DNA of 64,000 bases from Mytilus edulis (lineage: Eukaryota). Shown piece by piece: positions 13,777-27,221 of the stretch. The position numbers were made by a program, and so were the translations under genes. The notes under the pieces are model-generated. The model was not told where the DNA came from, did no database searches, and saw only the letters and a program-made list of their open reading frames with translations. Location of the stretch: positions 51,956,001 through 52,020,000 of the forward strand of contig NC_092357.1 of assembly GCF_963676685.1 (NCBI RefSeq), written 5' to 3'. Numbering within the stretch: position 1 is the first letter of the stretch; each line of letters begins with the position of its first letter.

Positions 13777-14458
13777 CTGTTAATACAAATAATTATTGGT
13801 TTAATACTTTTGATACTGATTTATTGAGAGGGAGGTCATTTTATTTGCTGGGGATGGTGATTTGGAAAATATCCTGGCCTGGTTAGAGCTGATAATAAAA
13901 ATTCTTGCACAAGACATGATGAACAGACCATGAAATCATTCTGCCACAGAAAGCAAGAAACAGTTTAAAAAAGTTGTGTGCCAAAGTGAAAATACATTTT
14001 CTGTTGTTCTGTAGAACAAGCATGCTTTAAAACACTCATGATTATATATAGTCACCACTTATGTCAGTACACCTTTCCTATACTGCCTATGTATAGTCAA
14101 TTCACAAAAAATGCTTCTCAACAGGGTCCTGACCCCTGAATATCAATGATCATCCCCTAATCAGACAAGGACAGACATTGACATTTGCATACCTTTTTGA
14201 GCTTTTATGGTACTTATTTTGACAAAAAATATGTATTTCATTTGTTGTTTTGATATTCTTTTATAAAATTAGGTGCAGTCAAAATACATCAAAATACCTG
14301 TAGATGAAAAAACCAGGATTTTAAAAAAGGGACAAGCTTAAAACAACATTTGTCTGAGTGGAACGTGACTGTGGAACCATAGGTTAATAATTTTATTGAG
14401 GACATGACAGTTCCCCCCTCCACTTTTTTTCCAAAATCCTTTTTTTTCTATTATTTTC

Positions 14459-17400
14459 TATTCACAGGAAGGCTTGCAAAAGAGAATTAATATGTTACAT
14501 GAATATTGTTTAGAATGGTGTTTTGATGTAAATTTAAAAAAGACAAAAAGTATAATTTTTAACAAGCCAGGAAAATTTTTAAAATGCTGTTTACATTTTG
14601 GAGGTAAAATGATCGAAAGTGCAAAATTATATAGATATCTTGGAATCACATTTACATCTAGTGGTATATTTAAGCAGTGTAAAGATGAATTATACAACAA
14701 ATCTTTAAAAGCTTGTTTTAAGCTACAGAGATGCTTGTCATCATCTAACCCTAGTATTGCCACTTTTTTACATCTTTATGATCATACAATTATAAACCCA
14801 TACTATTATATGGCAGTGAAATATGGGGAATGTTTAGAACGGATTCAGCTGCTTGTAAAAAAGATAATGATTATATATTAGAAAAAGTCTTTGGTCAGGA
14901 TTCTTCTGAAAAAGCTCATACCAAATTTATGAAATATATTCTTGGTGTAAACAGAAAGTCAAGTAATATAGCTGTAATGTCCGAGCTTGGTAGATTTCCT
15001 ATGTATTTTACTATAATTTTATCAATGTTAAAATATTGTCATAGACTGGAACATTTGAAAGAAGGATTATTATTTGATGCATTTATATGTTGTAAACAGT
15101 TACATAGCTCTAATGTAAATACATGGTATTCTAGTATAGATTATATTCAGAGAGAGATTGAATTACCAAATTTGGTTCTTTATGTCAGTATGTTAAAAAA
15201 AACTATGTAAAAGTTATTTCACATTTTGGAATAAACTTAAGTATCAAACAATTAACTCCCAAAAAGGGAAGCTTGGTACTTATTTTTCTATAAAAAATTG
15301 TTTTAAAAAAGAAAAATATTTAGAATTGCAGGACTTCAAAAAAAAGACAGTCAATTTGTAAATTAAGAATAAGTGCTCACTCTTTCAAAATTGAGACAGA
15401 CAGATATTCAAACTAGAGGCTCTAACGAGACAACTAACGGCCTTATTTTTATAAAAAAAACTAGAGGCTCTAAAGAGCCTGTGTCGCTCACCTTGGTCTA
15501 TGTGAATATTAAACAAAGGAAGCAGATGGATTCATGACAAAATTGTGTTTTGGTGATGGTGATGTGTTTTTACATCTTACTTTACTGAACATTCTTGCTA
15601 CTTACAATTATCTCTATCTATAATGAACTTGGCCCGAAAATGTTAGTTAAAATTTACAAATTTTATGAAAATTGTTAAAAATTGACTATAAAGGACAATA
15701 ACTCCTTAGGGGTCAATTGACCATTTCAGTCATGTTGACTTATTTGTAAATCTTACTTTGCTTAACATTATTGATGTTTACAGTTTATCTCTATCTATAA
15801 TAATATTCAAGATAATAACCAAAAACAGCAAAATTTCCTTAAAATTACCAATTCAGGGGCAGCAACCCAACAACAGGTTGTCAGATTCATCTAAAAATTT
15901 CAGGGCAGATAGATGTTGACCGGATAAACAACGTTACCCCATGTAGATTTGCTCTAAAGGCTGCGGTTTAAGAGTTATAAGCCAAAATCTACATTTCACC
16001 CCTATGTTCTATTTGTAGCCATGGCGGCCATCTTGGTTGGTTGGCCAGGTCATGGGACACAATTTTTAAACTAGATACCGCAATGATGATTGTGGCCAAG
16101 TTTGGTTTAATTTGGCCCAGTAGTTTCAGAGGAGAAGATTTTTGTAAAAGACAACTAAGATTTACGAAAAATGGTTAAAAATTGACTATAAAGGGCAATA
16201 ACTCCTAAAGAAATCAACAGACCATTTTGGTCTTGTTGACTTATTTGTAGATCTTACTTTGCTGAACATTTTTGCTGTTTACAGTTTATCTCTATCTATA
16301 ATAATATTCAAGATAATAACTAAAAACAGCAAAATGTCCTTAAAATTACCAATTCAGGGGCAGCAACCTATCAACCGGTTGTCCAATTCATCTCAAAATT
16401 TCAGGGCAGATAGATCTTGACCTGATAAACAATATCACCCGATGTCAGATTTGCTATAAATGCTTTGGTTTTTGAGTGATAGCCAAAAACTGCATTTTAC
16501 CCCTATGTTCTTTTTTTAGCCATGGCGGCCATCTTGGTTAGTTGACCAGGTCACCAGACACAATTTTTTAACTAGATACCCCAATGATGATTGTGGTCAA
16601 TTTTGGTGTAATTTGGCCCAGTAGTTTCAAAGGAGAAGATTTTTGTAAAAGATGACTAAGATTTACGAAAAATGGTTAAAAATTGACTATATAAAGGGCA
16701 ATAACTCCTAAAGGGGTCTTATTTGTAGATCTTACTTTATTGAACATTTATTCTGTTTACAGTTTAAGTCTATCTATGATAATATTCAAGATAATAACCA
16801 AAAACAGCAAAATTTCCTTAAAGTTACCAATTCAGGGGCAGCAACCTATCAACGGGTTGTCCGATTCATCTCAAAATTTCAGGGCAGATAGATCTTGACC
16901 TTATTAACAATTTTACCCCCAAGTCATATTTCCTCTAAAGGCTGCGGTTTTTGAGTTATAAGCCAAAAACTGCATTTTACCCCTATGTTCTATTTTTAGC
17001 CATGGCGGCCATCTTGGTTGGTTGGCCGGGTCACCGGACACAATTTTTAAACTAGATACCCTAATATTGATTGTGGCCAAGTTTGGTAAAAATTGGCCCA
17101 GTAGTTTCAGAGGAGATTTTTGTAAAAGCTAACGACGGACGACGACGACGACGATGACGACGGACGACGGACGCCAAGTGATGAGAAAAGCTCACTTGGC
17201 CGAGCTAAAAAGCATATAGAAAGATCTGATCGAGCGTCTTTGTTCTAATTGCTCACTTGGTAAAGTTGAAGATGAGCTTCATTTCTTATTAGAATGCCCT
17301 ATTATTTGATATTCAAAGGGACGATTTTTTTCAAGACATTTCTAACAATTGTTGTAATTTTATATATTTAAATAAATCTTCTAAATTTTTATGGCTTTTG

Positions 17401-17736
17401 ACCCAAGAAAATGTTACTCTTATGGAAAAACTGGGCTGTTATATTTGTGACTGTTTTGAATTAAGGAGATCAGGTATGAACACTGACACTAAGTCAAGTA
17501 AATAATTTGAGAATAAATACATATACATGTATAATGTAATTTTATTATTCTTTTATTAACGATATATATGTGGTTTTTAGCTTGATTCTGACCAATGCTT
17601 ATATTCCAAATATATATGTATATGCCTCTATTGTTGTTGTTACCAATTATGTAAATCAATTGTATCTGATTTTATGCCCTTTATGGGCCCTGTAATTTGG
17701 GAAATAAAAATATTCTATTCTATTCTATTCTATTAA
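14459..17736 (+). mobile_element. 5'-truncated decayed LINE (RTEX-like; RT C-terminus, CCHC finger, (TATTC)n tail), interrupted by a HINE-like element
   Basis: GLQKRINMLHEYCLEW...YRYLGI; KFMKYILGVNRKSSNIAVMSELGRFP; after the insertion LCSNCSLGKVEDELHFLLECP; AATAAA plus (TATTC)n at ~17703-17734; candidate TSD tttc(t/g)attattttc at 14445-14458 and 17737-17750. Clade assignment is inference. Confidence 0.8.
15410..17210 (-). mobile_element. HINE/DINE-like element with three ~500-bp tandem core units
   Basis: attgactata recurs at 15681, 16181 and 16682; (GAC)n at ~17132-17173; ends AACTAGAGGCTCT and GAGCTAAAA; LINE reading resumes on both sides. Confidence 0.8.
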
Positions 17737-18311
17737 TTTCGATTATTTTCACGTTTTCCTGTATAAATATATATCAACATAGTTACATAAGAAATAATTT
17801 ATATTGCTATTTACTATCCATTCCAAGTTTATTAAATTACTATGCTCAGGAGATCATCGTAGTCAAGTTTGCAATGCCAATGGCGGTGCGAGTACTCTTT
17901 GCATACGTTGGTATTCCGCCTCTTTTACGGTATAAGTTTAAAAACTTTCAAAATAAAAATAAAAATATCACTGTACTGTTAACGTTTGTAGTACCAATAA
18001 GTGAATTAATAGTGATTCACTTAACTACCAAACTATATGTCTTCGTCTTTTTTCCATTCTGATTCCACAATTCGTGAGCAATTTACTGTGGTAATTAAGG
18101 GTTGGAGTTGAGACATCGAGTAGACTTATCCCTCCCTATTCATGTCATTTATGTACTTTGAAAACTTAAAGAAATCAATCACACTCTATCATATATTTTG
18201 AGTGACAAGTCCTAGATATGTATTACGTTATTCATGGATAGTAATGTTAGATTCATCAATTTATCTAATCTAAATCTATTCTATAAACTTGCATTGGTAT
18301 TTCAGTGACAT

Positions 18312-19492
18312 CAGTGCTTGGCGGATCCAAAAGGGGGGTCCGGGGTTGGAACCCCCTTTTTTGGACGATCAATGCATTTGAATGGGGACATCTATACTAT
18401 TAAACGAGAAGACCTCATTTTTGGTGTCGCTTCTCTTCTTTCCAGAATAAATTAATCAACACGCCTCTGTGTCCTATAGGTACAGTGCATAGTCGCATTT
18501 GTCATCCATTCATATGACTATTCAGATTGAGTTATTTTAGGAGAAAAACGAGAAAAAAGGCATCCGGATATTGTCCCGTCATTGTACGAAATTTTAAGTC
18601 AGATTAGACTTCCGGTTTGCGTTTTTCTGTATACTTTGAACATACATATACTACGAATAAAGTGTATTTTCAGAATTTTATCTGCTATCATTTTCAAGTT
18701 TACTATCCACGGTGGTCACAGAGTTTATTAAATAGAGAGGGTGTGTATACTATATCAATGATCACCATGGATTGATTAGTAAACTTAGAATTGAAAGTAA
18801 ATACGCTTTATTTATATAGTAATGAATGTTCATAATATACAGATAAGCGCTAAAATTATTCATGTGAACTTTTGATACTTTTTCTCCAGTCATTAAATCT
18901 TTTACAAAATTCATTGATTACATAAAAAAAGAAGATATGTGGTATGATTGCCATGTTAAGACAACTCTCCACAAGAGACCAAAATGACACAGATATTAAC
19001 AACTATAGGTCACCGTACGGCCTTCAACAAAGAGCAAAGCCCATACCGCATACTCAGCTTCCAAAGGCCCGAAATGACAATGTAAAACAATGCAAACGAG
19101 AAAACTAGCGGCCTTATTTATGTACAAAAAATGAACGAAAAACAAATATGTAACACATAAACAAACGACAACCACTGAATTACAGGCTCCTTACTTAAAT
19201 AAATGTTCATAACATACTAAATGTATGTTCATATTGAAATTGATAGAAAACCAAAAATTGGGAACTTTGGAAATAAAGGTGGATGGTAAAAAAAATCATT
19301 TTCCTGTCCCCAATAACCTACGACTTATGATACTTTTGCTGAAATTCTCCAGTCATGCTGTATTTTACAAAATTCCTCCAACAACACTTTACATACTTTA
19401 AACTACGCTCTGAATGCCCGCGATTTCGCGGGTGTGTTCTAGTGATAATTATGGTTGGAACTCCCTTTTGAAAATGGCTGGATCCGCCCTTT
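18312..19492 (+). mobile_element. GGCGGATCC-type MITE split by a Helitron
   Basis: ggcggatcc at ~18320 and ggatccgccc at ~19480; an uninterrupted inverted relative lies at ~20272-20385. Confidence 0.6.
18391..19442 (+). mobile_element. Non-autonomous Helitron
   Basis: 5' TC after A, 3' CTAG before T, GC-rich hairpin CCCGCGA-TT-TCGCGGG at 19417-19432, no TSD. Confidence 0.85.
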
Positions 19493-19719
19493 GACCCTGA
19501 ACCTAAAATTATGAATAGACTAACTAAAAAAATAACAGATCATAGTTTAGAAAGAACGGGAAGGCAAAATACCTATGTTAACTTACTGATTATATGTTAT
19601 AAAGCTTGAACAAATACCTTTTCCAGCGGTTCATGACATTAGAAAGCGTCCCGTCTCGAGTCTAACGTTACATTTAACATTCACCAGTGAAACATTTCCG
19701 CTGGATGGTAGACTACTTA

Positions 19720-20013
19720 GGGAGCTACCATTTGATTTTTATGGGGGCTAGGATGAAAAATTTTGTCCTGCATTTTTTTAAGTTGTAATCTCTATCCTGC
19801 CTTTTTATTTTTCACTCCATTCGGTCCTGCCTTTCTTTTATTAGTTTGTCCTGACTTTTTTTCATAAATTGTCATCCTGCCTTTTTTTTTTGGCAAAGTG
19901 TCTCATCCTGCCTTTTTATTTTACTCAGAACACCTGTCCTGCCTATTTTTTTCAAATTTCATCCTAGCCCCCCCCCCCCCCCCCCCCCCCCTAAAAATCA
20001 AATGGTAGCTCCC
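19720..20013. mobile_element. PIF/Harbinger-type MITE
   Basis: TIR GGGAGCTACCATTTGATTTTTA, TSD TTA at 19717-19719 and 20014-20016, internal tcctgccttttt subrepeats. Confidence 0.85.
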
Positions 20014-23002
20014 TTAGGAAATAAGAAGTCAACGTTTTGCATCCAGTCGTCATCCCCTGGCTAGTCAGTGTTTGGGAAAAGGCTTGGTTCATAGTAAATT
20101 TCAAGCTTGTCGAGTCGTCAATGGTTTGTTGGTCGGGAAACTTGAATGATCCTGGTCTAAATTGTGTGTCAGTCAAAGAGCGGTGCCTGGACATGCACAA
20201 TAAAGTCAACGATTATCAGATATGGTCCGTATATATATATATGTCGAATTCGTGTGAATATCTAAAAAAAAGCGGTCGGATCCAGCCATTTTTTATAAGG
20301 GACACCACAGGTTCAAAAAATTGGGGGGTTCCAACCATATGTCCCCATTCGAAAGCATTGATCGTCAAAAGAGGTGGATCCACCACATGTATACCTGGTA
20401 CTATTATATATAATAATTATTATGTCCCAGCTTATACCTTATACAAGTTTTTGTTATTAAAAGCAACTGCCGATGGCGGGATTGATCATAGGTGTTTCCT
20501 ACTTGACCCACCACTAATATAAGTTTAAGGCGTCAGCAATCACAATTTTATTGTTTTTTAACCAATTTCCAATGAAATAAAAGTGGCCGTGTCCTGTGGC
20601 AATGATCATATCTGTGTCAAGCGTTTAGCACCTGTCCGAGTTAAACATTAAAAAATTCAATACAGAAAAGTAAAATTAGCAGTTGACCTAAGATAAACAG
20701 ATAAAACGTGTTATTTTTTGTCCTTGAGGTGAAATTTGGTTGATTTTTATTTCCGTGTTTCTAGAGTCAAGGCTACAACAAAGAGAACAAATTTAATAGT
20801 CTGTGTCCCCGAGTAAAAAGTAACACTTAAAATCCCATCTAAATTTTTATTGTACATCTTCTGTTTGGTCACTTTGATTAGAATGATAGAAACTAACGCA
20901 ATATAAAGGTATCAATTTAATATCGTTATTTCACATAGAATAATTAATGATTTTCAACTAATAACAGGTGTTTCAATTAGCATAGAATTGCTTTCAATTA
21001 ATTAAATCAATTATTGATCTACTGAAAACAGCAGAAATAGACAAATGTTTGATTTTTAATATCAGAAATGCCTGCGTCAACAGTTTGAAAATTAAATTTC
21101 CAAGCTTGTATCTTCTTGTCCTTTATTGAACACCATTATCTGGTGTGTTTTCCCTCTCGTCGTGCGATTATTTCCCCATCCCTTTTCCTATTTTGTTACG
21201 TTTAATGATGGCGATACATGCAATCGAGGGAAAACAATCGTTCTATGGACTGTATTTATTGATTAAAGGAAAACATTACGTTCGGAACCAAACCGTCATA
21301 AAAAATATAATTGTATTTGACTTTGATCTTCACTATTACATTAAAGTTAAGTTATGCTTCAGCAACCAAACGCTGTTAATTATGACTGAAATTCTCATCA
21401 GAGAAAATAAGATGCACACGAATGCTATTAACAAGTATTATAGCTTTGAGAAGATATCTTTAATGTTTGGTTGCATGGAAACTTTAGTTCGACTGATCGT
21501 GTTACTTTATGATGATACTGAGATAATGTTTTATACATTCAATGCCTGTACTAGAGTTTCAGATCAGTAATATTGGCTACATTTGATGTAAAATGTTTGA
21601 CTTCTTGATAATTGGAACAAAAATGTCATATATTATATATTTTATTTGTTGACATAAAAGTCCTTGTGGGTAGTTTTCCTTTATTTACTTTTTTCCCACA
21701 CAATTCGAATAAAAGGACAAAGTACTGTGTAATTCCTTTCTGTTAAGTTCTGTCATATTACCTAATACAAAGTAACAGCAGAGCCCTAGCCAGTAACAGG
21801 AAGAATGTTATAAAGACAATTTCACTGATGAATCATAAAGTTCAACTTCTATATGCCAACCATTTCATTAAATATAAGTTATGATAATCATATTAAATAA
21901 ATCTCAACGTAATATACAGTATATTGAATGAAAAGACAGGCTTTTCAGTTTACTTTAGATAACAGCAGAAAACACTGTGCAATTCTAGTCTAGTAGATGG
22001 TAACAGAAAGGAATTATTTAAAAAAAAATCATTACCTAGGCAGGTTTTCATCTTGAAAATACAGTTTCAAAAGATAAATGACATTGTTTGCTATTATCTT
22101 CTAATTGTGACCAATTTGAAATGATGTATTTTTCTTAAACTATGAAATAAAGCATTTTTTTTTTTTAAATAATTCCTACGTGTTTCCAACTCTGTCCTGT
22201 TACTTGTACTGTTACTCAAGATTTTTTCATGTTACCGACATTTCAGACTATATTTTAGTATATGTATTTACCTTTTGTATTGAAAATGATAAAATAAATA
22301 ATTGGCATTTGATAAACTATTGCAGGATATACTACAAATAGTATCTGTAACTTATTCCTTATTCCCATTAGAAACTTTTTTAAATTGATTCACTTTGGTA
22401 ATAGGAAAGAACTGGGATTTTTGGTATAATTTTTAAAATTGTCATTGTTACCCCCCACATTTAACATTTGTTTGAATTACAGACAACATTTTCTAGATCC
22501 TCAATGTGTGTTCTTCGATTGGTACTATGAAAATACCGGTTCTAAAGACAATTTTTTTGGTTTTTTTCCTATTGCAAAAAGTTAGACTTTTTCAGATATT
22601 GTCTCATATTTATTGACTTTGTTATATAAACATAATAAGTTTTGGGGGAAAAAATAATATATCAATGTAATAAAAAAATACTACATTAAGCGTGCATGTA
22701 TTTTTTAGACAGCCGAAAGAAAACATAAGTTAAAATCAGATGACTGCAGAACGGTGTATGGATAAACAAGGACTTTCCATTAAAAATGTCAAACAATGTA
22801 ATACATTCAACAAATTATGTACTGCATTAATAATAGGAACGGATACTACTATAGGAATAACCCGTAAGAAGAACGATTATATATATATATATACATTGTA
22901 CGCCAGAAAATATAAATTTCAATCACTTAAATTATTGTGTAAATGACTAAACATTTTTTTTCTATATTGACACTATGATTAGACAACATAAATATTACTT
23001 AC

Positions 23003-23047
23003 CAAAATCCAACAAAATAATCCAAGTAGACAAGCAATATTTTCCAT
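23003..23047 (-). CDS. NGFR: p75NTR/TNFRSF16-like receptor, first coding exon (signal peptide)
   Basis: ATG at 23047 gives MENIACLLGLFCWIL, followed by donor gtaagt. Phase-0 join to exon 2 gives MENIACLLGLFCWILVRVCTA-LDC, a plausible signal peptide. Confidence 0.75.
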
Positions 23048-24476
23048 TGCGACTCTTCTCTTTACTTTATTATGATTTGTCAGTTCAGATCATATTTTCA
23101 TACCTGAATCAATTGACCTTCGGTGAACTTTTGAATCAGATGATTGGATAAATCTGCCAATCGTGTACTGTCGGAGTCGGCGGAATTTAACGAGATTTCT
23201 TAATATAAAAAATATTGGAAGAGTTAATGAGCCGAGCACCAATATCTGTGTTACAAGACCGGGAAAACAATCAATTAGCGTATAAAACGATTCTCGGTCT
23301 ATATGGTTCACCGCGCATTCTGTCATAATGTTTGAATTTCTCATAAATATCTTATGAAAAGAAAAAAAGTTATAGAAAATAAAGAAAGTGACTTTTCATC
23401 ACAGATAATATAAAAGAAAGTAATAAAGGAAAGCTTGAACTTATGAAGTGTGAAAACTATACAAATGCATTCTTTCAAAACACTTTATATTAGATTTTAA
23501 GACTTTTTAATCATAAATATTTGACAGAGTAAAAGTATTGTATATACAAAATCAAACTTGTGAATGGATACTATATGTTCGAGCAGACGGACGTGAGAAT
23601 GGATACTTTTGGAGCAGAGACGTTTATATACTGTATATATTTATCTGGATAGAGCAATGGTAGAGTAAGCTTAGACTCTATACAAAACCCTTGTACAAAA
23701 ACCCTTGTACAATTAGAAATCTATATCAAGTGAACATTTTAAACTTAATAATTTCAACCAATTTATCCCCGTACCTTTGTTCTTTATATGTTTATACAAA
23801 TACTTATAAAATCCACTAGTAGTTCCTTTACATTTAGTTTTTTATCCATTAGACCGAATTCAGAGATTTATATAGTGAGAATTGCTAGATAGCTTGAAAC
23901 TGGTAAAGTATTACTTTATAAATTCATCCAACAGGCTAGTCATGAGCTCCTATTATCGTGGATACGATTTTTGTCATAATGTCTTTTTGTGAATTATAAA
24001 TGACGTACCAGAGTATTTAAAACACTAAATGGGGTTTTGATAAAAGTATTTGTACTGAGATGAGGTAGCAAATAAATTCATCCATTTACTAAAATTAAGT
24101 CAGAAATACACATGACAAAAAAATGGCATCTATATATGCATTTACAAGTGTTGAAGCCGATCCAGCTGAGATTATAAAGTTGACTGACATTAAAATACTT
24201 TGTCTTAGTAGTTAAGGTCACAGCCAGACTAGCACCCCTGTGTCTCGCAAATCAGACGAGATAAAAAAAAAACACATCACCAGGGACATACCCTGACCGC
24301 ATTAATATATTTAACTTTTACCGTGGTTGTGTACTCTAAGACGGTTTGAAGAACGTTATATTAGAATATAAATAGTTAAAAATTTACTCTTTTTCGTAAA
24401 TTTTTGTTGCAGGCTTTGCTCTTTCTAGTTATCAACTCTAGATGTTCCAAAGAAGGTAATAATGATTTCGTTTCTC

Positions 24477-25045
24477 ATTTTTATACGCCCGTCAATTCTG
24501 ACGGGACGTATTATGGAATACATATATCCACCGTCAGTCTGTCCGGCGTCCGTCTGTCCAGCGTAAACATGTCGCACCGTAACTTGAGAACAACTTATCC
24601 AAATGTTATGAGTTGTTTCTTATGATGGTCAAACGATCTGTATACTTTTTGGTGAAAATGAGATAAAATGTTTTGAGTTAATACTTGATTTTGTAACTAA
24701 AACTTGGGTGTGACGGGTTTTTTCACATGTCGCGCCGTATCTTTAAAAAAGATTTATGATTATTGCTTAAAAGTTTACACACTTCTTAGTTATATTAATC
24801 TAAAGATCTATATACTTTTTGGTGATGATTTTTATTTTATTTTTGAGTTCTTGAATTTTATTGAATTTTTTGGTAAAAAAACATATAAAACATGTTGTGA
24901 GCAATTTTTTTCTGTCTCTTATATAAACTTCCTATTGAGCAGGAATAAGGAATGAGTAAGAATATACTTAGCATGACTTCCTGTACAATCCCCATGTTAT
25001 TCAAGACGACGGCCGTATTATCCGCTAGTGGCGCAGCTGTTTATT
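24477..25045 (+). mobile_element. HINE/DINE-like element
   Basis: TTTTTATACGCCCGTC...GACGGGACGTATTAT inverted repeat, (CGTC/TGTC) microsatellite, two degenerate core units, 3' GACGGCCGTATTAT plus small hairpin. Confidence 0.65.
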
Positions 25046-26179
25046 CAAACATCAAAGTTCCTTCCCTAAAAGTAGGCAATTGTTTACACTTGAATACCAG
25101 TCTCCTCAACAAATCTGGTGGTCTTCTGTAGGGCATCCACTGGTATATATAGCTTCTCTTAGAGTTGTGTTTCTGAGGGCCATATCTTATCTCTCAATTC
25201 CTGGTGGATCTTGCTTGACTGTAAGAGGTGTGCCGTATCCTGCTCTACTTCTCCACAAGGACACATTGGAGATGGACAACTTTCATGACTTTGTGTAAAT
25301 GTTGGTTGAGTCTGTTGTGTCCTGTCTCCAGTCTCAAGATGTTGGTTTGTTCAGATCTTGCTAGCTGATGGTAACTGTCTTGTTGCTGTGGAGTGTTGAA
25401 CAGAGATTTGATGATAGTCTTCATCTCTGTGTAGCAGACTGGGTTTTCTCCCTGTTGTTGTTCAGTACCATACTTTGCTAATTTATCGGCTAGTTCATTA
25501 CCCCAAACTCCACAATGTGAAGGGATCTACTGATGTACTGTTGTCAGACTTTTGATGTTGTTTAAAGCTTGTTGGAGTTGAGGTAGCTTGTCGTTCTTCA
25601 AAGCTTGTAGCAGAGAGGGCATCAGTCAGGAATACTACTTGAGTTGTGTTATCGATTTTGTTTTTGATGGAGTGTGCAGCATGAGTAAGGGCTTCTTCTT
25701 CAGCTTTGTAGTTTGCACAATGTAGGCCTGTTGGAATTGCCTCTGATTGTTGATCTCCATTAGGGTACTTAATGTATATGCTAGCCTCTCCTTTTGATGT
25801 GGCATTTGTGGCTGACCCATCTGTATATACTCTTACCCAGGTTTCTGAAGGGTAATCTTCTTCAAGCATACTTTGTCAGTGTTTTCTGAACATTGCTAGT
25901 CTGTTCATCTTTGGTGTTAATGAGCGGAACTGAGGTCTGAATGGTGACATTTCCAAGTTAATCTTCACATGTGTTGTTATTTATTGTGAAAGCTATGGGT
26001 TCGATATATTTAGGTAGAGTTTCCTGGTGTTTTCTTTGTAATGCTCTTGTCTCTAATGTAAAGCTGGATCTTTTGAGTCTGCCTAGGTAGAGTTGTTTCA
26101 GTTTGGTATTCATTGAGTGGTCTTGTGAACACTGATATTTGGTGGCCTGTATCATGGCTTTGCATTCCTTTCTCTTCTT

Positions 26180-26425
26180 TAAAAAGAGGGACGAAATATA
26201 CCAGATGGACAGTCAAACTCATATATTGAAAATCAACTGACAACGCAATGGCTAAAAATAAAAAGACAAACAGACAAATAACAGTACAGAAAACACAACA
26301 TAAACCCCACCAAATACTGGGGGTGATCTCATGTGCTCCAGAAGGGTAAACAGATCCTGCTCCACATGTGGCACCCGTCGTGTTGCTTATGTTATTACAA
26401 ATCCGGTAAATAGTCTAATTCGGTA
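26180..26425. repeat. Interspersed repeat fragment inserted in the RNase H LINE
   Basis: Reverse-complement similarity to ~63895-64000 (gacaacgcaatggctaaaaat...gacaaacagacaaa). Confidence 0.6.
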
Positions 26426-27221
26426 AGGTGGTATGTTTGTTATATCCTCCATACTTTTTAATTGGTGTTGATTTCATAGCACCTGTGCCTGATTCTGAAC
26501 TTTGTTTAAAGTCTGATGATGAGACTTGGCTGCAGTCACTCATCCATGAGCTAGATCCGTATTCAAGATGTGGTCTACATTTCCTTGGTAGACAGATTTC
26601 AAGATTTTTCCATTTGCACCCCATGTTGTTCCTGCAAGTTTCCTCATGATGTTCAATTTTCTCCTAGCCTTAGCGTCAGCTGATGTTATATGTTGCTTAC
26701 ACGGCATTCTTTTGTCAAAAGTTACCCAAAGGTATGTTTGTTGGTGTTCCATCTTAAGTGGAGTATCATCCAAAATCAGCTTGACATATTCGGTTTTGGG
26801 AGAGAGTGCGAAGAGTGTTCCGGTTGTTTTTTCTCTGTTAATGGTAACACACCACTGCTTAGCCCATGTGAATATCATATCTAAAGCTTTGTATTCTGTA
26901 TTTAGCTGTAGATGCATACTCTTCTGAGCACCAGAGAACAAGATAGAGTGCTGATTGTACCCCCTTTGGTAGCTCTGGTACTAGGTGGTTCATAAAGAGT
27001 ATGAATAGAGTTGGAGTTGGTGGTAAGACTTCTCCTTGTGAGACCCCTTGTTTTAAGAGCACTTTCTGTCCACAATGTCCATCTACCAGCTCTCTGGCTT
27101 TTCTATTGTACAAGAACGATTTGGTCCATTTGTAAATTATTCCACTTATGTCATATCTCAATTTTATTAAAATAGTGATGAGAACTTAGTTTAATAAGAT
27201 TGGCAATACCTACCTACCTAC

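Noticed and set aside
17873-17915. 43-nt hairpin as a possible pre-miRNA
   Set aside because: Too short, depends on several G-U pairs, and no recognised mature sequence.
20037-21570. 161-aa and 141-aa plus-strand ORFs
   Set aside because: No recognisable domain or splice support; the first runs through a MITE.
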